Positions 1 through 9,420 of a stretch of DNA of 64,000 nucleotides are shown here, in pieces. Position 1 is the stretch's first letter, and the number at the start of each line of letters is the position of its first letter. The translations under genes and the position numbers were made by a program. The notes beneath the pieces were generated by a model. That model saw only the letters and a program-made list of their open reading frames with translations, made no database searches and was not told the DNA's origin. This DNA is from a virus (taxonomy: Duplodnaviria > Caudoviricetes): IMG/VR virus record IMGVR_UViG_3300005611_000008, positions 1-64,000 of that record; one strand, 5' to 3'.

Positions 1-235
1 CACAGACCAATGTTGGTATCAGTGCTTATGGAAAAGCATTGCGTATTCAGCGACTGATCAATGCGATTGAGGCAGAGATTGCAGAAGAGGATCGATGGAT
101 TGATCTGATGGCAGAACGATTTGACACAGTGGGGTGTTAGATGGTAAACTTTATATTAGGATTGTGTATTGGAGTCCTCTTACGAGAAGAGGTCATACAG
201 TTGGTGAATATAATACTCGATAGGGTTAGTACATT

Positions 236-847
236 ATGAAACATTTAGTATTTGGATTGGGAGCAACTGCTCTCTTAGCAGGGTGTTCTTCCACACCAAT
301 GGACGATTCTAACGTAGGAATCATGGATGAGTATAAGGAAGCAGTTGAGGCACAGGTTGCACAAGATGCTCCTATCACAGACACAATCGTACAGATTGAT
401 CGTGGCACTACAAACTCTGTCCCTAGTTGGTTCTTGGTTCCACCAGAAGATGGTGAAGAGCGTATCTATGCAGTGGGCACTGGTATTGCCGATGACTTGC
501 AGTTCTCTTTAGATAAAGCAGTTCACTCCGCAAAGACAATGCTTGGCGACAAGATGGTGAACGATGCGTCATCAAAAGTTCAGTCTTACATTGAAGATAA
601 CGCAAAGGGCACACTCTCTGCAACGACAAAGAATACTGTAAAAGTTTCGCAGTCTGGATATAAGGGTGCTGACATCTCAAAGTATAAGATTGAAAAGACT
701 GGTGTATTCAAAGAGCGTAGAGACTTCCGTGTTTATGTTTTGTTGAGTCTAAATCCCCAAAACCGTGATCACGGTACTGAGGAACTACACACTACCTTCA
801 CGGCAGAAGACAAAGCAAAAGTCGAATCTGCAATGGATAACTTATAA
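236..847 (+). CDS. LPP20-like lipoprotein
   Basis: N-terminal signal with lipobox LLAGC; VPSWF...IYAVGTG pattern typical of LPP20-family lipoproteins. Confidence 0.7.
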   Translation: MKHLVFGLGATALLAGCSSTPMDDSNVGIMDEYKEAVEAQVAQDAPITDTIVQIDRGTTNSVPSWFLVPPEDGEERIYAVGTGIADDLQFSLDKAVHSAKTMLGDKMVNDASSKVQSYIEDNAKGTLSATTKNTVKVSQSGYKGADISKYKIEKTGVFKERRDFRVYVLLSLNPQNRDHGTEELHTTFTAEDKAKVESAMDNL

Positions 848-1140
848 TGTGGGGATGGGTGTTCTTGGCATTGACTTGGGTGTTTATCACTCAAGTCTCT
901 GATGATTGGAAGCAGATGAACTGGTCTATGCAGTGTAAAGATGTTGAACCAGAGGTTCGTGTTGTCTACAAAATTCCAGAACCTCACATGATCGTTGAGA
1001 CGACAGAAAAAGAAACATGTTATAACGGTGAGTGTAAAACTCATGTATCACGCAATGTGCAATCAGTTGATGGCAAAACTTATCCATTAGTGACAGACGA
1101 TACACCTGTGACATCAATATTGTTGGACAAGCATAAATAA
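847..1140 (+). CDS. hypothetical protein with N-terminal hydrophobic anchor
   Basis: 97-aa ORF coupled to the upstream gene by TAATG overlap. Confidence 0.6.
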   Translation: MWGWVFLALTWVFITQVSDDWKQMNWSMQCKDVEPEVRVVYKIPEPHMIVETTEKETCYNGECKTHVSRNVQSVDGKTYPLVTDDTPVTSILLDKHK

Positions 1141-1144
1141 AGAC

Positions 1145-1342
1145 ATGTATTGGATTGAAATCGATTTTGCCAATGGCAAAACACTAAGGAAAGAGTACGA
1201 GAGTCTGAATGACTCTTTTGCTGTGTATAGTAGATACTGTTGTGGTACACCCAACAAGAAACATCAAGTTCAGCGTGTACGAGCAGGTCGTGATGATCAA
1301 GAAACCTTTGAGTGTAATCATTTGGAGAATGTATGTATGTAA
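1145..1342 (+). CDS. hypothetical protein
   Basis: 65-aa ORF in the co-oriented gene string. Confidence 0.5.
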   Translation: MYWIEIDFANGKTLRKEYESLNDSFAVYSRYCCGTPNKKHQVQRVRAGRDDQETFECNHLENVCM

Positions 1343-1827
1343 GATTGGGTCGTTTCGCGAACGACGATGATGATTTAGAAACATTCAAGCGCGAAGAAGA
1401 CATCGTAATCCATAATTACGATACTTGGAACATGGATCATACTTTGGCACTACTTATCGTGCCGATGCTCAAGCAACTAAAAGAAACCAAGCACGGTGCT
1501 CCATGCGTTGAGACATCGGATGTTCCGCTATTTCTCAAACCAACTCAACTGGAAGTAGTTCGCTACAAAGAAGATGGTGAGACAGACAAAAACTTCTTCA
1601 AGCGTTGGGATTATGTGATGGACGAAATGATCTGGGCATTTGAACAGATTGTCGATGATGATGACGAGAAACCATTCTATGACCACTCTGAGATTGATCC
1701 AGAAGATTCGATGGAAGAGTCGGTGAAGAAACTAAAGGTTGATCGTGAAGGGTTAGACGCGCATAACAAAAGAATTGAGAACGGTTTGCGACTGTTCGGA
1801 AAATACTATAGGAGTCTATGGGACTAA
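1333..1827 (+). CDS. conserved hypothetical phage protein
   Basis: 164-aa ORF; DTWNMDHTLA...RWDYVMDEMIWAF...GLRLFGKYY pattern common in large phages. Confidence 0.65.
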   Translation: MYVRLGRFANDDDDLETFKREEDIVIHNYDTWNMDHTLALLIVPMLKQLKETKHGAPCVETSDVPLFLKPTQLEVVRYKEDGETDKNFFKRWDYVMDEMIWAFEQIVDDDDEKPFYDHSEIDPEDSMEESVKKLKVDREGLDAHNKRIENGLRLFGKYYRSLWD

Positions 1828-1982
1828 TGGCAAGGGCATTATTGGAAATGCAACTTAAACTACGCAAAGCATGGTTGAAGTTGTTAAAAGCAGAAGCAAA
1901 ACGCAAGGATGCTAAAGTGCAAAAATGGGAAAAGAGAGTGATCGAGTTGGAGTTGATGCTTTCTGATTTAAATAAACAATAG
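1827..1982 (+). CDS. small basic helical hypothetical protein (51 aa)
   Basis: Own translation MARALLEMQLKLRKAWLK...; TAATG coupling; below the ORF-track cutoff. Confidence 0.5.
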   Translation: MARALLEMQLKLRKAWLKLLKAEAKRKDAKVQKWEKRVIELELMLSDLNKQ

Positions 1983-2008
1983 GTGAAATAGAGCAAGGAT
2001 CATAAGTC

Positions 2009-2209
2009 GTGGAAAACGCAAACAGTGTTTGTACGGTAAAAATAGAGTGGGATGGGGATGATGCTATCCTACCTCTACCACAAGAAGTATTAGATCATCT
2101 TGACGCAAAGGAAGGTGATGTGTTACAATGGATAGATAATGGTAATGGCACTTGGTCTTTGACAAAGCGTCAGTATGATAGTGATAGTGGATTAACAGAG
2201 AGTTTTTAA
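2009..2209 (+). CDS. AbrB/MazE-like DNA-binding protein
   Basis: DAILPLPQEVLDHLDAKEGDVLQW matches the SpoVT-AbrB swapped-hairpin pattern. Confidence 0.65.
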   Translation: MENANSVCTVKIEWDGDDAILPLPQEVLDHLDAKEGDVLQWIDNGNGTWSLTKRQYDSDSGLTESF

Positions 2210-2445
2210 TGACAAAAGATGAAATGAAGCAAGCACTCGCAAAGGGTGTGTGTACAGTAGTATTCCAAAAACTGAATGGTGAAGAGCGTACAATGCACTG
2301 TACCTCTAATACAGAGTTCATGCCAGAAGACAAGCGTCCTCGTGCGGCAGTCGATGGACGAGATCATGTCATCACAGCATTCGATGTGTCCAAACAAGAT
2401 TGGCGTTCATTCCGTGTTGATTCAGTGAAAGAGTTTAAAGTATGA
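2209..2445 (+). CDS. WYL_2/Sm-like SH3 beta-barrel protein
   Basis: VVFQKLNGEERTMHCT...FDVSKQDWRSFRVDSV signature. Confidence 0.75.
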   Translation: MTKDEMKQALAKGVCTVVFQKLNGEERTMHCTSNTEFMPEDKRPRAAVDGRDHVITAFDVSKQDWRSFRVDSVKEFKV

Positions 2446-3437
2446 GTTTAGAAGACATTCAAGACGACGAAGTTCAATCGGCAATGAATGCTGATGGCAC
2501 TTGGAACAAGGCACAAGGCGGTACTGAGTTGATGAACAAAGCACTGTACGAGCGAGTCGATAATGACTTGCTTGAGCAGTTCAACATCATCAAGTCGCGT
2601 GTGCGCGAGGTTTCATCCGACAAACCAAACATTCTATGGTTGCATGATCTGTGGGCAGACCCCGAAGCACAGCATCTAAAAGATCCTGAGTCTCGTGATC
2701 GTTTTGCTCGATTAGTATTTGTGTCGAACTGGCAGTTACAGACCTACAATTTGGCACTTGGTGTTCCCTACAACCAATCGATTGTTCTTAAAAATGCAAT
2801 TGATCCAATTCCACTAACAGATAAAGACGGTGATGCCATTCGTCTGATCTATCACACTACACCACACCGTGGACTACAGATTCTCGTACCAGTGATGGAA
2901 GAACTTGCAAAGGTTCATGGCGATAAGATTCATCTCGACATCTATTCATCGTTTGCCGCGTATGGTTGGCAAGAGCGAGATGAACCGTACCTTGATCTGT
3001 TTGAGCGAGCAAAAGAACATCCGAACATGACCTACCACGGTTTCCAACCAAACGATGTTGTGCGTAAGGCATTACAAGAAGCACACATCTATGCGTATCC
3101 TAACATCTGGCAAGAGACCTCGTGTATCTCTGTCATCGAAGCAATGAGCGCAGGGTGTGAAGTCGTCTGTCCAAATCTCGCGGCATTGCCAGAAACAACC
3201 GCAGGTTTTGCTACAATGTATCAGTATCATGAAGACATGCAACACCATGCGAATGTGTTCGCGAACATGCTACATCAAGCAATCCTCAATCATCGTGAGG
3301 AGAACAATCAGAAGAAGTTGATGTTCGCAAAGAACTATATTGACAACTTCTATAATTGGGATGTTCGTGCGGCAGAGTGGACGGGTTTACTTCAAGCACT
3401 TGAACCGAAAAAAGAGAAATTAAAGATCGCTACTTAG
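2442..3437 (+). CDS. GT-B (GT4-like) glycosyltransferase
   Basis: GGTE N-terminal motif, LWLHD, PHRGL, and ETSCISVIEAMSAGC (ExxxxxxxEA motif). Confidence 0.85.
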   Translation: MSLEDIQDDEVQSAMNADGTWNKAQGGTELMNKALYERVDNDLLEQFNIIKSRVREVSSDKPNILWLHDLWADPEAQHLKDPESRDRFARLVFVSNWQLQTYNLALGVPYNQSIVLKNAIDPIPLTDKDGDAIRLIYHTTPHRGLQILVPVMEELAKVHGDKIHLDIYSSFAAYGWQERDEPYLDLFERAKEHPNMTYHGFQPNDVVRKALQEAHIYAYPNIWQETSCISVIEAMSAGCEVVCPNLAALPETTAGFATMYQYHEDMQHHANVFANMLHQAILNHREENNQKKLMFAKNYIDNFYNWDVRAAEWTGLLQALEPKKEKLKIAT

Positions 3438-3440
3438 TAT

Positions 3441-3467
3441 AAAGGGGGTTGACAGACCCCCTTTTTT
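3441..3467 (+). terminator. Rho-independent terminator whose loop contains a -35 box
   Basis: aaaGGGGGT-tgacag-ACCCCCtttttt directly after the glycosyltransferase stop. Confidence 0.75.
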
Positions 3468-3477
3468 ATTTTATGAT
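3449..3477 (+). promoter_or_regulatory. sigma70-type early promoter
   Basis: TTGACA(3449-54)-17 bp-TATGAT(3472-77). Confidence 0.75.
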
Positions 3478-3506
3478 GTAGTCTGATTGATTGAAAGGAG
3501 TGCCAC

Positions 3507-3986
3507 ATGGCAGTCAAAAAATATCGTAAGAAGCGTCAGATGACCGAAGAGCAAAAGCAAGCAGCAGTCGAGCGTCTTGCAAAAGCACGTGAAAAGCGTT
3601 TGCGTGAGAACCCTCCTCAGTACAAGAACATTGCTCCAAATGTCTTGGCACTGACTGAGGATGATGATCTGAACATGCACAATGTGAAGAAGTGGATCAA
3701 GACTCAGAAAGAACTGGCATCACGGTATCGTCGTGAAGCAAAGCAAGGCATCAAGGATGCTGAAGCAAAACAGATTCGCGCTGAGACCTACGCACGAAAC
3801 ATGCAGAACTACCTTGAGAATGGTACATGGTTAGACATGTATTGGGGTGAATTTGGACAGAACAAGATTGGGTATGTGTGCAAGCACATGGCATATCATG
3901 CAGATGGAACCCCCAAGCGTTCACATGGCGTGTTCTATCCAGACATCAATAAAATCTGGGGGGTTGACACAGACGCTGATCTATGA
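3507..3986 (+). CDS. conserved hypothetical protein of T4-like phages (basic N-terminus)
   Basis: 159-aa ORF with strong SD (AAGGAG) behind the early promoter. Confidence 0.7.
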   Translation: MAVKKYRKKRQMTEEQKQAAVERLAKAREKRLRENPPQYKNIAPNVLALTEDDDLNMHNVKKWIKTQKELASRYRREAKQGIKDAEAKQIRAETYARNMQNYLENGTWLDMYWGEFGQNKIGYVCKHMAYHADGTPKRSHGVFYPDINKIWGVDTDADL

Positions 3987-4025
3987 GACTATATAGTGTA
4001 GATTAGATAAAGTGTGAGATACACA

Positions 4026-4886
4026 ATGATTTTGTTAGACTTGAATCAAGTGATGATTGCAAACTTGATGATTCAAATACAAGGGGGGAAAGCAGACTTA
4101 CAAGAAGACCTTATCAGACACATGGTGCTAAATAGCATTCGCTTGTATCGTCAAAAGTTTAAGGACTATGGCGAGTTAGTGATCTGTGCGGATGATAAGA
4201 ACTACTGGCGTAAGGATGTGTTTCCGTATTATAAAGCACACCGTAAAGAAGATCGTGAGAAATCTGATCTTGATTGGAAGATGATCTTTGAGACACTCAA
4301 CAAAGTCAAGGGTGAGATCAAAGAATATTTTCCGTATCGAGTGATTCAAGTTTCTCGTGCAGAGGCAGATGATGTCATCGGTACTCTGACAAATCGTTTC
4401 GGTGTGTACCTCAACAACGACTCTACTGAGAGGGTTCTTGTTCTCAGTGGAGACAAAGACTTTGGGCAACTTCAGAAGTATGCGAATGTGGATCAGTTTA
4501 GTCCTGTGACTAAGCGATGGATTAAGGTTCCTGATCCTCGTCGTTTTCTGCGTGAGCACATCATGAAGGGTGATCGTGGGGATGGCATTCCCAACTTCCT
4601 TTCTAACGATTCATGCATCGTTGCCAAAGAGAGACAGAAACCTCTTGCATCCAAGAAACTCAATACTTGGGTTGATCTTGAACCAGAAGATTTCTGTACA
4701 GAAGAGATGTTACGAAACTACAAGCGTAACGAGCAGTTGGTTGACCTCGACTTTGTTCCACATGAAATAACAAACGAAGTCAACCGACAGTACGATGAGT
4801 ATGAGATTCCAGATCGTAAGGGATTATTAAATTACTTTATCAAAAACCGATTGAAACTTTTAACCGACTGTATAGGTGAATTTTAA
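4026..4886 (+). CDS. rnh: T4-like RNase H (5'-3' exonuclease, FEN family)
   Basis: ILLDLNQ, YWRKDVFPYYKAHR, EADDVIG, SGDKDFGQL and GDRGDGIPN motifs; start refined to ATG 4026. Confidence 0.92.
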   Translation: MILLDLNQVMIANLMIQIQGGKADLQEDLIRHMVLNSIRLYRQKFKDYGELVICADDKNYWRKDVFPYYKAHRKEDREKSDLDWKMIFETLNKVKGEIKEYFPYRVIQVSRAEADDVIGTLTNRFGVYLNNDSTERVLVLSGDKDFGQLQKYANVDQFSPVTKRWIKVPDPRRFLREHIMKGDRGDGIPNFLSNDSCIVAKERQKPLASKKLNTWVDLEPEDFCTEEMLRNYKRNEQLVDLDFVPHEITNEVNRQYDEYEIPDRKGLLNYFIKNRLKLLTDCIGEF

Positions 4887-5324
4887 ATGTCTACACAAAC
4901 GTTCGACTCTATCTTCAAGAAGGTAGAAGAGGCAAAGACTAAAGCAGAGAAACTTCATATCTTGAAGAAGAATAGTAGTCCTCTGTTGAAGCAAATTCTT
5001 GGATTGACTTATGATCCACGAGTGGAATGGTTACTGCCAGAAGGCACACCTCCATATACACCACTGCCGAACGATGCAGACGCAGAGATTACTTTGCAGT
5101 ATGCATCTCGACAGTTCTATCTGTTCGTCAAGGGCAACAGTGAGACACAACGCAATCTCAAGCAAATCAAGCGTGAGGCATTGTACATTCAATTATTGGA
5201 AAGTGTGAATCCTGCTGAAGTAAAAATTTTACTTGGCATGAAGGATCGCAAACTACCTTACAAGGGGGTAACTCGCAAGTTGGTGGCAGAAGCATTCCCC
5301 AACTTAGCGAAGGATTGGTTTTAA
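4887..5324 (+). CDS. conserved hypothetical protein of aquatic T4-like phages
   Basis: WLLPEGTPPY...KREALYIQLLE...YKGVTRKLVAEAFP pattern; follows rnh. Confidence 0.7.
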   Translation: MSTQTFDSIFKKVEEAKTKAEKLHILKKNSSPLLKQILGLTYDPRVEWLLPEGTPPYTPLPNDADAEITLQYASRQFYLFVKGNSETQRNLKQIKREALYIQLLESVNPAEVKILLGMKDRKLPYKGVTRKLVAEAFPNLAKDWF

Positions 5325-5342
5325 ATACGATAAGAGTTTAAT

Positions 5343-5525
5343 ATGGGTAAAATCAAAAAGTCTTTTAGAGAGCACACCGAAGAGATTGAGGAAATCCGTC
5401 AAAAGCGGATTAAAAAAGAGTCTCGGCACAATTATAAAACGCATTTAATGGATGTGATTGAGAATGAAGATTGGGATGAGTTGGAGGACGAGTTAAGTGA
5501 GCAAAGTCGCATTCATCGTCGGTAA
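5343..5525 (+). CDS. hypothetical protein
   Basis: 60-aa charged ORF in the string. Confidence 0.5.
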   Translation: MGKIKKSFREHTEEIEEIRQKRIKKESRHNYKTHLMDVIENEDWDELEDELSEQSRIHRR

Positions 5526-6075
5526 CGGCATAAGTCGAAACGAAGTCGATTTAAATAAGATGGTAGGCAAAGCACCTATCTATGGTTGTAATGCTCTGTA
5601 TCGCGACTTTGATAAGTGGGATTACCTTGTATCGATTGATCAAGGAATGGTACAAGAAGTTCGTAAAGCAGAAGGTGCTTATGGCAGTGGTGTCATTATC
5701 GTACCGCCAGAAGACATGCACTACGAACCAATAGAGTACAGTCCGCATCGCAGACGCAACAACGCAGGTATGCTTGCAATGGATACTGCCATTAGACGAG
5801 GTTTCGACATTCTATACTTAATTGGGGTTGATTTCGTTCTAAAAGGAAACATTTCGACGGATAATGTTTATAAAGGCACAGAGAACTATGGTCCAGAAAC
5901 ACACGCTACACAAGATGACAACTATCATCGCATTCGGTATCTTGAGTGGTTTGCTCGCAAACACTCTGATGTAAAGTTTGTATTCGTAATACCAGATACT
6001 GTACCTATGCGTGTCATCGAAGCATCGAATGTCGTTGGTATGAAGATGGAAACATTTAAAAATAAACTTCAATAA
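5497..6075 (+). CDS. Rossmann-like transferase (DUF115/Maf-MptE-like)
   Basis: AFIVGNGISR, IYGCNALYRD and LYLIGVDF motifs; SD GGAGG upstream of GTG. Confidence 0.55.
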   Translation: MSKVAFIVGNGISRNEVDLNKMVGKAPIYGCNALYRDFDKWDYLVSIDQGMVQEVRKAEGAYGSGVIIVPPEDMHYEPIEYSPHRRRNNAGMLAMDTAIRRGFDILYLIGVDFVLKGNISTDNVYKGTENYGPETHATQDDNYHRIRYLEWFARKHSDVKFVFVIPDTVPMRVIEASNVVGMKMETFKNKLQ

Positions 6076-6106
6076 ATAGTAAATCACCCTCAAAAAGGAG
6101 AGGCAC

Positions 6107-6328
6107 ATGCCAATCGAATGGGCAATAATCTTTATGGGCACTATTGCCGCTTCCGTTTACTTTTCATATCAATCAGGTATCAAAGAAGGTGTTGAACTTG
6201 CCACAGTGCTAACACTGACAAAACTTGAAGATGAAGGGTTGATTCATTTTGACAGTAATGGTACAATAAAGTCTGGTAAAGGTAAAAAGATATTGGGGAA
6301 CTTATTAGATGAGCGCGATGGGGAATAA
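6107..6328 (+). CDS. small membrane-anchored hypothetical protein
   Basis: N-terminal TM segment; SD AGGAGAGG. Confidence 0.6.
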   Translation: MPIEWAIIFMGTIAASVYFSYQSGIKEGVELATVLTLTKLEDEGLIHFDSNGTIKSGKGKKILGNLLDERDGE

Positions 6329-6456
6329 AGTATTTGATGTCCAAGAAGACATCATTGAGTTGATGAATAGTGGTAAGACCGTTGAGGAGATGAAAGAAAT
6401 CATCGAAGAGACTCATGGTTCGTTGTATGTTGAGTTGGTAGAAGAGGTGTTAACTA

Positions 6457-6744
6457 ATGAAGGATAAGTATACTTTTCGTCGAGAGTTTACCGATATGTA
6501 TGAACAGACTACTACTGTAGAACATACAGTAGAAGGCGACACTCTAGATGAAATTATGGAGAGTTTCTTATACTTTCTTAATGGGTGTTCGTTCTCTTAT
6601 GTCAAAGACCTAATCTTTGTCAAAGAAGACGGGCAAGAAATTTCAGTCACAGACTGGGAGTTTTATAATAAAGAACCCGAAACCGCAGAAGATTTGAATC
6701 AACTAACCATAGACCTCACAGACGCATTTAATCAACCATATTAG
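6457..6744 (+). CDS. hypothetical protein
   Basis: 95-aa ORF; TLDEIMESFLYFLNGCSF pattern. Confidence 0.6.
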   Translation: MKDKYTFRREFTDMYEQTTTVEHTVEGDTLDEIMESFLYFLNGCSFSYVKDLIFVKEDGQEISVTDWEFYNKEPETAEDLNQLTIDLTDAFNQPY

Positions 6745-6767
6745 ACTAATGTCTAATAAAAAAGTTC

Positions 6768-6795
6768 TTGACCCCTCCAACCAGTATGGTATTAT
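6768..6795 (+). promoter_or_regulatory. sigma70-type early promoter (extended -10)
   Basis: TTGACC-16 bp-TATTAT preceded by TGn; A-rich UP-like tract upstream. Confidence 0.6.
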
Positions 6796-6822
6796 GTACA
6801 TATTGATTGAGAGGGGTTTTTT

Positions 6823-6927
6823 ATGGAATACACACAGAACTACTACGATGTGATTATGATGGGCGGTGCTGTTGTTGCCGCGATTGTTTATTTGGCAGTA
6901 AAGGGTAATCTGTTTAAGGGTTGGTAA
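6823..6927 (+). CDS. 34-aa single-TM microprotein
   Basis: Own translation MEYTQNYYDVIMMGGAVVAAIVYLAVKGNLFKGW; SD GAGGGG; first gene behind the promoter. Confidence 0.55.
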   Translation: MEYTQNYYDVIMMGGAVVAAIVYLAVKGNLFKGW

Positions 6928-6929
6928 TT

Positions 6930-7118
6930 ATGATTGAGATTTTGAAAGAAGTAACTAAAGGTTTGCCACAGAATGTTTATTATGTGCGAGGAGATCGTCT
7001 CGTTGCGTTCTACCCTGAAGGCAACAAAGATGCGTTTGTGATCTACAAGACTCCATTGAAGCATTTTAGCAAACGCTATCGTAAGTTTGAAACGATTGCC
7101 AAAGTTAATAGTCTTTGA
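6930..7118 (+). CDS. hypothetical protein
   Basis: MIEILKEVT...FSKRYRKF pattern, typical small early phage protein. Confidence 0.6.
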   Translation: MIEILKEVTKGLPQNVYYVRGDRLVAFYPEGNKDAFVIYKTPLKHFSKRYRKFETIAKVNSL

Positions 7119-7139
7119 GGTATCGATTGAAAAATACCA

Positions 7140-7168
7140 TTGTACATCGCAGACCAGTTTGCTATACT
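7140..7168 (+). promoter_or_regulatory. sigma70-type early promoter (extended -10)
   Basis: TTGTAC-17 bp-TATACT with TGc extension. Confidence 0.6.
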
Positions 7169-7197
7169 ACATGTGTTGATTGAGAGAGGTAATGAAA

Positions 7198-7515
7198 ATG
7201 TTGAAGTATGAAAATCTTGCAGAAGTTGGAATGGTTATCCGTGGTTATGATTTCCGTGGTAGCAAAGGTGCTTACATTGAAGGTAAAGTGATTGCCAAGG
7301 GTGAGATTACCCATCCTACCAACGGCATGTACTTGTTTGAAGGTTACACCATCATCGTTGAGACTGACGGTGCTGAGTTTGGTCGTGAGGGTGAAGAAGC
7401 ATACATTCCCTTTGAGACTAGCATGGACTACGATGGTCGTGTCGAGTTGATCGACACTTGTGACAATGATGCGGAGATTGCGTTGGCAATTCAAATGATG
7501 CAGGAGGTTGCGTAA
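7198..7515 (+). CDS. hypothetical protein (SH3-like beta barrel)
   Basis: VGMVIRGYDF...YIEGKV; start refined to follow SD GAGAGG. Confidence 0.6.
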   Translation: MLKYENLAEVGMVIRGYDFRGSKGAYIEGKVIAKGEITHPTNGMYLFEGYTIIVETDGAEFGREGEEAYIPFETSMDYDGRVELIDTCDNDAEIALAIQMMQEVA

Positions 7516-7745
7516 TGATTCCTAAAGATTACATCCACATGATGTATGTGAAGTTTGACGATGGCGAAACCATGTACTACAAACCACATACATTCAGTAT
7601 GCTTGACATCTGTAGTGTCAAAGACATGTGCCGTGTGACACTTCCAAAGGACGCGGTTGAGTTGAGAAACAGCAACAAGGATTGTCCCAACATCTATTGG
7701 GGTTATCCTTGTGGCAATGAACCAGAAGGAGACTTGTGTGTTTGA
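7515..7745 (+). CDS. hypothetical protein
   Basis: 76-aa ORF, TAATG coupling. Confidence 0.5.
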   Translation: MIPKDYIHMMYVKFDDGETMYYKPHTFSMLDICSVKDMCRVTLPKDAVELRNSNKDCPNIYWGYPCGNEPEGDLCV

Positions 7746-8071
7746 TTATTATTTGGGTTATTATGATGGACAGTTCGTCGCAAAGGTTGCCGCACTGTCC
7801 GAGCAAAGTGCAATAGACAAGATTGCACAATTCGTTGGAGTATCCGCATCAGCATACTCTGGTAAAGCAAGACGATTAGTTACAGTGGTTAAAGTATGAG
7901 CAATATTGAGTTATACTGCAAAGTGCAGAATGTGATTATGGGTTGTCGAACACAAGAACAGTTTACAATCGCAAAGAATTATGTTAGACTTGCAGAGCGA
8001 GTCCTTCCTCATGAATGGTGCATGGATGTGATTCAGTTAGTCTTAGCAAAGGAACGGGAGATGCTTACACG

Positions 8072-8419
8072 ATGAATGGTGGTTACACAAACATTAGAAC
8101 GGCACAAGGTGATCCACGAGTTGATTATTCGTATGTCGCATCAAGCACAGAGTCAAAAGACTACGATCCAGAGTACGATGAAACTTCAATGTGGGATCAG
8201 TTAGGAAAGATTCTTGACAGTCAAGGCAATCCTTTTCCGCGTGATGATGTCCTTTGTGACGATGGTGTCAAAGTCACAGGCATCACACCAAAAGACTGTT
8301 ATGACATTCGCAACTTGGCAATACAGTTTGAAAAGACTGATGATCGTTTGGAGTTTCTCAAGCGTCTTCAGTTGAGCAAGAACCTTGAAGAGGTATTGGA
8401 TTATGTCCGATCTCAGTAA
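8072..8419 (+). CDS. hypothetical protein
   Basis: ORF in the string; probable start MNGGY at 8072. Confidence 0.5.
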   Translation: MNGGYTNIRTAQGDPRVDYSYVASSTESKDYDPEYDETSMWDQLGKILDSQGNPFPRDDVLCDDGVKVTGITPKDCYDIRNLAIQFEKTDDRLEFLKRLQLSKNLEEVLDYVRSQ

Positions 8420-8577
8420 GATTCCGACAGAGCAGTTGCTGTACGAACTCTATGATCGTATGGACGACAATCTCTACGCACCAGAGCGTAAACACGATCC
8501 ATACCTAGATAGTATTGATCGACTTGAAAAGCAGAATCTCTGTCAGACTCTGCGTTTAGTGTATGAGGATTACGGAG

Positions 8578-8742
8578 ATGTGGATTCTATTATTGATAGT
8601 CGTAACGACGACAGGTGAATTTATACCTTATGAACAAGGTTTATATTATAAATGGTCAGATTGTCAATCAGTAAAAAAAGCAATGCTTGAGGAACTGGGC
8701 AATAAATATAGAGCAACATGTTTGGAGTGGGTAAATGAGTAA
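8578..8742 (+). CDS. small exported protein with a Cys pair (54 aa)
   Basis: Own translation MWILLLIVVTTTGEF...SDCQ...ATCLEW; SD GGAG; fills an apparent gap. Confidence 0.45.
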   Translation: MWILLLIVVTTTGEFIPYEQGLYYKWSDCQSVKKAMLEELGNKYRATCLEWVNE

Positions 8743-9115
8743 GTATATAATGGTTGATACGGTCTCGATGCACCGTATGCGGTATGTGGTAGAAGTGCCT
8801 GATGGTATTGGCGAAGAGATGATCTTCCATGATGGGACTCGTTCGTTTCCAACCACACCAGAAGAGTATGCGTCTGATACGGTAGTCTGTGGTGAAGCAA
8901 GAGAGTTTACGCAAGATCACATTGGCGAGAATATCGTATCAACTCGTGAAGTGACTCTTGAAGAAGCAATCGCACAGTATCGTAAAGACGAACCTATGCT
9001 TGGCGAAGCATGGGAAGATGATGTGATTATCAGAAACGCAATCACTCCTATTGGATGGGATGAGAATGAACGAATCGAAAATGAAGAGAAGCAGTGGAAA
9101 AATGTGCCGTTATGA
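8735..9115 (+). CDS. hypothetical protein
   Basis: 126-aa ORF; VDTVSMHRMRYVVE...EFTQDHIGE pattern. Confidence 0.6.
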   Translation: MSKYIMVDTVSMHRMRYVVEVPDGIGEEMIFHDGTRSFPTTPEEYASDTVVCGEAREFTQDHIGENIVSTREVTLEEAIAQYRKDEPMLGEAWEDDVIIRNAITPIGWDENERIENEEKQWKNVPL

Positions 9116-9420
9116 TTAGTTACAGCACCAACTGGATGGGTCCGGTCTCTCTCAAGTGGTATGAGGAAAGAGGACTGTTAGAAGAGGATGGTGTAACTCC
9201 AACTATTCAATACTCAGCAGGTCGTATTGACATTCGTGATGATACTAAACATGGATACGATGGATGGTATGAATACGGTGTTGCACCTATGCATGGCGAA
9301 GATTGGAATGCACTCAGCGATTACCTTTGGGACTTTACAACCGAAGAACTCTTGCCGTATGATACTCTTATTGAACAGTTTGAAACACACTATGGAAAAA
9401 AGATTAGGTGGGCAGAATGA
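9112..9420 (+). CDS. hypothetical protein
   Basis: MISYSTNWMGP...; ATGA-coupled. Confidence 0.55.
   Translation: MISYSTNWMGPVSLKWYEERGLLEEDGVTPTIQYSAGRIDIRDDTKHGYDGWYEYGVAPMHGEDWNALSDYLWDFTTEELLPYDTLIEQFETHYGKKIRWAE

Noticed and set aside
2009-2445. AbrB/MazE-like gene as a toxin-antitoxin pair
   Set aside because: The neighbour is a WYL_2/SH3-like protein, not a MazF or VapC toxin.
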